A stretch of DNA of 59,653 bases, the filler included. It is 5 parts of 5 records of this genome, joined end to end, with 100 filler letters (N's around TTAATTAATTAA, not from the genome) between each part and the next. Parts side by side here need not be neighbours in the genome. Positions count along the whole stretch, not along the records: positions 53,644 to 59,653 come from DRR723986_3514; 4 more parts are not named here. The stretch is one strand, 5' to 3'. A program made the translations under genes and the position numbers. The first letter of the stretch is position 1. Every line of letters starts with the position of its first letter. Under the pieces are notes generated by a model that was not told the DNA's origin, searched no databases, and saw only the letters and a program-made list of their open reading frames with translations. Shown here piece by piece: positions 56,313 through 59,653 of this stretch.

Positions 56313-57479
56313 ATGCCCGTGATCAACCGCATTGCCAGCTATGCCCAAGACATGGCCGCATGGCGCCAACATTTGCACCAAAACCCGGAACTGGGCTTTG
56401 AGTGCCACGAAACAGCCGCCTTTGTCGAACAGCAGCTGCGCGGCTTTGGCATCACAGAAATTCACACCGGCATTGCGAAAACCGGCATTGTGGCGCTGAT
56501 CGAGGGGCAGGGCGATGGCCCCACAATTGGCCTGCGCGCGGATATGGATGCGCTGCCCATTCTGGAAGAAACCAACGCGCCCTACGCCAGCCAGATCCCC
56601 GGTAAAATGCATGCCTGTGGCCATGATGGCCACACCACCATGCTGCTTGGCGCGGCGCGCTATCTGGCCGAGACACGCAATTTTTCGGGCCGGGTGGCGC
56701 TGATTTTCCAACCCGCTGAAGAAGATGGCGGCGGCGGCGGCGTGATGGTCGAGGAAGGCATCATGGAGCGGTTCGATATCGCCCAGGTTTACGCCCTGCA
56801 TAACGCCCCCGGTGTGCCCTTTGGCCAGTTTATCACCTGCCCGGGGCCGATTATGGCGGCGGTTGACAGTTTTCACATCGATATTCGCGGCTTGGGGGGG
56901 CATGGGGCCATGCCGCATGAAACCCGCGATCCGGTGGTGGCGGCCCTGGCCATTGGGCAGGCCATTCAAACCATCAGCAGCCGCAACCATTATGCGCTGG
57001 ATGATCTGGTTGTTTCGATCACGCAAATTCACACGGGATCTGCCGAAAACATCGTGCCGGAAACCGCCTATCTGGGGGGCACGGTGCGCACCTTTGACAA
57101 GGGCGTGCAGGCCATGGTGCGCCGCCGGATGGAGGCAATCGTGCAGGGCACGGCGGCCGCCTTTGATGTCGAGGCGGTGCTGCGTTATCACGTGTATTAC
57201 CCCTCAACCATCAACCATGCCGCCGAAACCGAATTCGCAGTTTCGGTCGCCACCGAGGTGGTTGGCCCCGATCTGGTTGATGGTGCCGCCAGCCGCGAAA
57301 TGGGCGCCGAGGATTTTTCCTACATGCTCGAAGCGCGCCCCGGGGCCTATTTGTTTCTGGGCCAGGGCGAGGGCGCAGGCCTGCATCAGGCGGGCTATGA
57401 TTTCAACGACGAGGTGGCGCCGATTGGCGCCTCGTTCTTTGCGCGCCTGGTGGAACGCGCGCAACCAGTGGCGGGCTGA
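56313..57479 (+). CDS. M20 family amidohydrolase (hippurate hydrolase-like)
   Basis: LHQNPELGF, LRADMDALP, MHACGHDGH, FQPAEE, MGAEDF. Confidence 0.93.
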   Translation: MPVINRIASYAQDMAAWRQHLHQNPELGFECHETAAFVEQQLRGFGITEIHTGIAKTGIVALIEGQGDGPTIGLRADMDALPILEETNAPYASQIPGKMHACGHDGHTTMLLGAARYLAETRNFSGRVALIFQPAEEDGGGGGVMVEEGIMERFDIAQVYALHNAPGVPFGQFITCPGPIMAAVDSFHIDIRGLGGHGAMPHETRDPVVAALAIGQAIQTISSRNHYALDDLVVSITQIHTGSAENIVPETAYLGGTVRTFDKGVQAMVRRRMEAIVQGTAAAFDVEAVLRYHVYYPSTINHAAETEFAVSVATEVVGPDLVDGAASREMGAEDFSYMLEARPGAYLFLGQGEGAGLHQAGYDFNDEVAPIGASFFARLVERAQPVAG

Positions 57480-57482
57480 ACC

Positions 57483-58460
57483 ATGAGCTTGGAAGATGCA
57501 AAAAACCAAATAGATCATGCCTTTACCCGGCAAGATTTACGCGGTCCAAGTTTCGAGAACACATTTGGTGGGGCAACATCGTTTTTGCGCCGCCGCTACA
57601 GCAAAGATCTGGCTGGCGTCGATCTGGCGGTCACGGGCGTGCCCTTTGACCAAGCGGTGACCAACCGCAGCGGCACGCGCCTGGGCCCGCGCGCCATCCG
57701 CGAGGCCAGCGCGCTGCAAAGCCCCGATGCCCCCTTTGGCTGGGGCTATGATCCTTTGTCGGAATTTGCCATCGTCGATTACGGCGATCTGGCCTTTGAT
57801 TATGCCATGCCTGCCGAATTTCCCGCGCGCCTGCACCACCATATCAGCACGATTTTGGCGGCAGGCGCAGGCAGTGTGGTGCTGGGGGGCGATCATTCCA
57901 TTACCCTGCCAATTTTGCAGGCCTATGCCGAAAAACACGGGCCGCTTTCGGTTTTGCAATTTGATGCGCATTCCGACACATGGGCCGATGACAATTTCCA
58001 GCGCATCGATCATGGCACCTTTATGTATAAGGCGGTGAAACTGGGCTATGTTGACCCGGCACGCTCGGTTCAGGTGGGCATTCGCACCGATAACCCCGAT
58101 ACGCTGGGCTTTCACATCATCGACGCGCCGCGCGTGCATAGCTTGGGGCCGGCGGGCACGGTTGCGGAAATTATGCAGGTGCTCGGCACGCATCCCACCT
58201 ATTTGACTTTTGACATCGATTGTTTGGATCCGGCCTTTGCGCCGGGCACTGGCACGCCGGTTTGGGGTGGGCTGGCCAGCTGGCAGGCCGCGGCAATTTT
58301 GCGGGGGCTTGCGGGCGTAAACCTGCTGGGCGGTGATGTGGTCGAGGTATCGCCCCCCTTTGACACCACCGGCGCAACCGCCATTGCCGCAGCCCATGTG
58401 GCAACCGAAATTATTGCGCTTTGGGGCTGGACGCGCCGCGCAGGGCTGGGGGATGCATAA
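57483..58460 (+). CDS. speB: Agmatinase (ureohydrolase family)
   Basis: GGDHS, QFDAHSD, DHGT, FDIDCLDPAFAPGTGTP, VEVSP. Confidence 0.88.
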   Translation: MSLEDAKNQIDHAFTRQDLRGPSFENTFGGATSFLRRRYSKDLAGVDLAVTGVPFDQAVTNRSGTRLGPRAIREASALQSPDAPFGWGYDPLSEFAIVDYGDLAFDYAMPAEFPARLHHHISTILAAGAGSVVLGGDHSITLPILQAYAEKHGPLSVLQFDAHSDTWADDNFQRIDHGTFMYKAVKLGYVDPARSVQVGIRTDNPDTLGFHIIDAPRVHSLGPAGTVAEIMQVLGTHPTYLTFDIDCLDPAFAPGTGTPVWGGLASWQAAAILRGLAGVNLLGGDVVEVSPPFDTTGATAIAAAHVATEIIALWGWTRRAGLGDA

Positions 58461-58888
58461 TGAAAATGATTTTTGCGATTGTTCTTTTGGTTGTGGGTGC
58501 GGGCATGGCCTATGTGCGGCTGGCCCCCAGCGATGGCGCGCGTTGGCACAGGGCCAGCGGCCTGGCCGATCTGGGTGATTTTGCAGCGCCGGGCGGCTTT
58601 ACCCACCGGCGGGCAATGGCCGCGGGCACAGGCGGTGCGGCCTTGGAAAAACTGGCAGGCGTGGCGCAGGCAGCGCCCCGCACGCAGGTGTTGGCGGGCA
58701 GCGTTGCGGGCGGCATGATCACATTTGTCACGCGCTCGAAATTTTTTGGGTTTCCCGATTACACCACCCTGTCGCTGCAAGGCGATGTGCTAGAGTTGCA
58801 CGCGCGGCTGCGCTTTGGCAAATCTGATCTGGGGGTCAATCAGGCGCGGGTGCAGGCATGGCTGCAAGCGGCAGGCCTGGCGCAATAA
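58460..58888 (+). CDS. DUF1499 domain protein
   Basis: YVRLAPSD..RWH, RSKFFGFPD, RFGKSDLGVN; start overlaps the speB stop (TAATG). Confidence 0.82.
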   Translation: MKMIFAIVLLVVGAGMAYVRLAPSDGARWHRASGLADLGDFAAPGGFTHRRAMAAGTGGAALEKLAGVAQAAPRTQVLAGSVAGGMITFVTRSKFFGFPDYTTLSLQGDVLELHARLRFGKSDLGVNQARVQAWLQAAGLAQ

Positions 58889-58939
58889 CACCAAACGCAC
58901 CCCCTTGACCGCGGGGCCACGACAGGGCAGGGCAAGGCC

Positions 58940-59653
58940 ATGATTTCGAACGACCGTTTGCACCAGATCACCGAGCGCTTTCAATTTCTCGAGGCAAAAA
59001 TGTCGGCGGGCGGGGGCGATATTGCCGCGCTTGGGCGCGAATATGCCGAACTGCGCCCCGTTGTCACCCAGATCGAGGAATGGCACCGCCTGCAGGCCGA
59101 TATTGCCGAGGCCGAAGCCATGTTGGCCGACCCCGAGATGCGCGCGCTGGCAGAAGAGGAACTGCCCGCGCTAAAAGCACGCCTGCCCCAGGCCGAACAT
59201 GCGCTGCAACTGGCGCTTTTGCCCAAAGACGCAGCCGATGCGCGCCCTGCGATGATCGAAATTCGCCCCGGCACCGGCGGCGACGAGGCGGCGCTGTTTG
59301 CCGGCGATCTCTTGCGCATGTATCAACGCTATGCCGAGGCGCGGGGCTGGTCTTTTCAGATCATCGAGCGGCAGGAAACCGAATTGGGCGGCATCAAAGA
59401 GGTGGTGGCCCGGGTGGGCGGCGAGGGGGTATTTGCCCGGCTGAAATTTGAATCTGGTGTGCACCGCGTTCAGCGCGTGCCCGAAACAGAATCGGGCGGG
59501 CGCATTCATACCTCGGCGGCCACTGTGGCGGTGCTGCCCGAGGCCGAAGAGGTGGATATTCACATCGACCCGAATGATTTGCGCATCGATACCATGCGCA
59601 GCTCGGGCGCGGGGGGGCAGCATGTGAACACCACCGATTCTGCGGTGCGTATC
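58940..59653 (+). CDS. prfA: Peptide chain release factor 1 (3'-truncated at window edge; absent from the ORF track)
   Basis: Manual translation [18 protein letters not shown]...; [24 protein letters not shown] (PxT), [16 protein letters not shown]. Confidence 0.95.
   Translation, partial: MISNDRLHQITERFQFLEAKMSAGGGDIAALGREYAELRPVVTQIEEWHRLQADIAEAEAMLADPEMRALAEEELPALKARLPQAEHALQLALLPKDAADARPAMIEIRPGTGGDEAALFAGDLLRMYQRYAEARGWSFQIIERQETELGGIKEVVARVGGEGVFARLKFESGVHRVQRVPETESGGRIHTSAATVAVLPEAEEVDIHIDPNDLRIDTMRSSGAGGQHVNTTDSAVRI

Overview
The window is not one continuous locus. It is five alphaproteobacterial contigs (1-22488, 22589-39628, 39729-47077, 47178-53543, 53644-59653) joined by identical artificial 100-nt linkers (44 N + TTAATTAATTAA + 44 N), so gene neighbourhoods across the gaps mean nothing. 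Contig 1 carries the end of a Na+-NQR maturation operon (apbE, nqrM), a LysR-linked methylated-amine catabolic cluster (MttB-family methyltransferase, two GcvT-type dehydrogenases, class III aminotransferase) and a tricarballylate/tricarboxylate cluster (tcuAB, TctDE/TctCA-like). Contig 2 carries a TRAP transporter, arsR-arsC-arsH, a GGDEF-EAL protein, cell-wall enzymes, a CoA-transferase, a chemoreceptor and the 5' half of rnpB. Contig 3 carries ilvB/I with a leader-peptide attenuator, miaA, serB, a secreted caspase-like protease and the hflK-hflC-DUF2065-degP genes. Contig 4 carries a probable rRNA promoter, msrPQ, DUF302, fasciclin and clpB. Contig 5 carries proA, an Fe3+-binding protein, mazG, an M20 hydrolase, speB, DUF1499 and prfA. 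The main finding is a stand-alone 531-aa Abi/UG-class (defence-type) reverse transcriptase at 50711-52306. It has an atypical HVDD catalytic motif and a YGY plus acidic C-terminal tail. It is preceded by a hairpin-rich non-coding leader, enclosed by ~100-bp imperfect inverted repeats and inserted between the fasciclin and clpB terminators. All calls come from motif recognition by eye; no database search was run.
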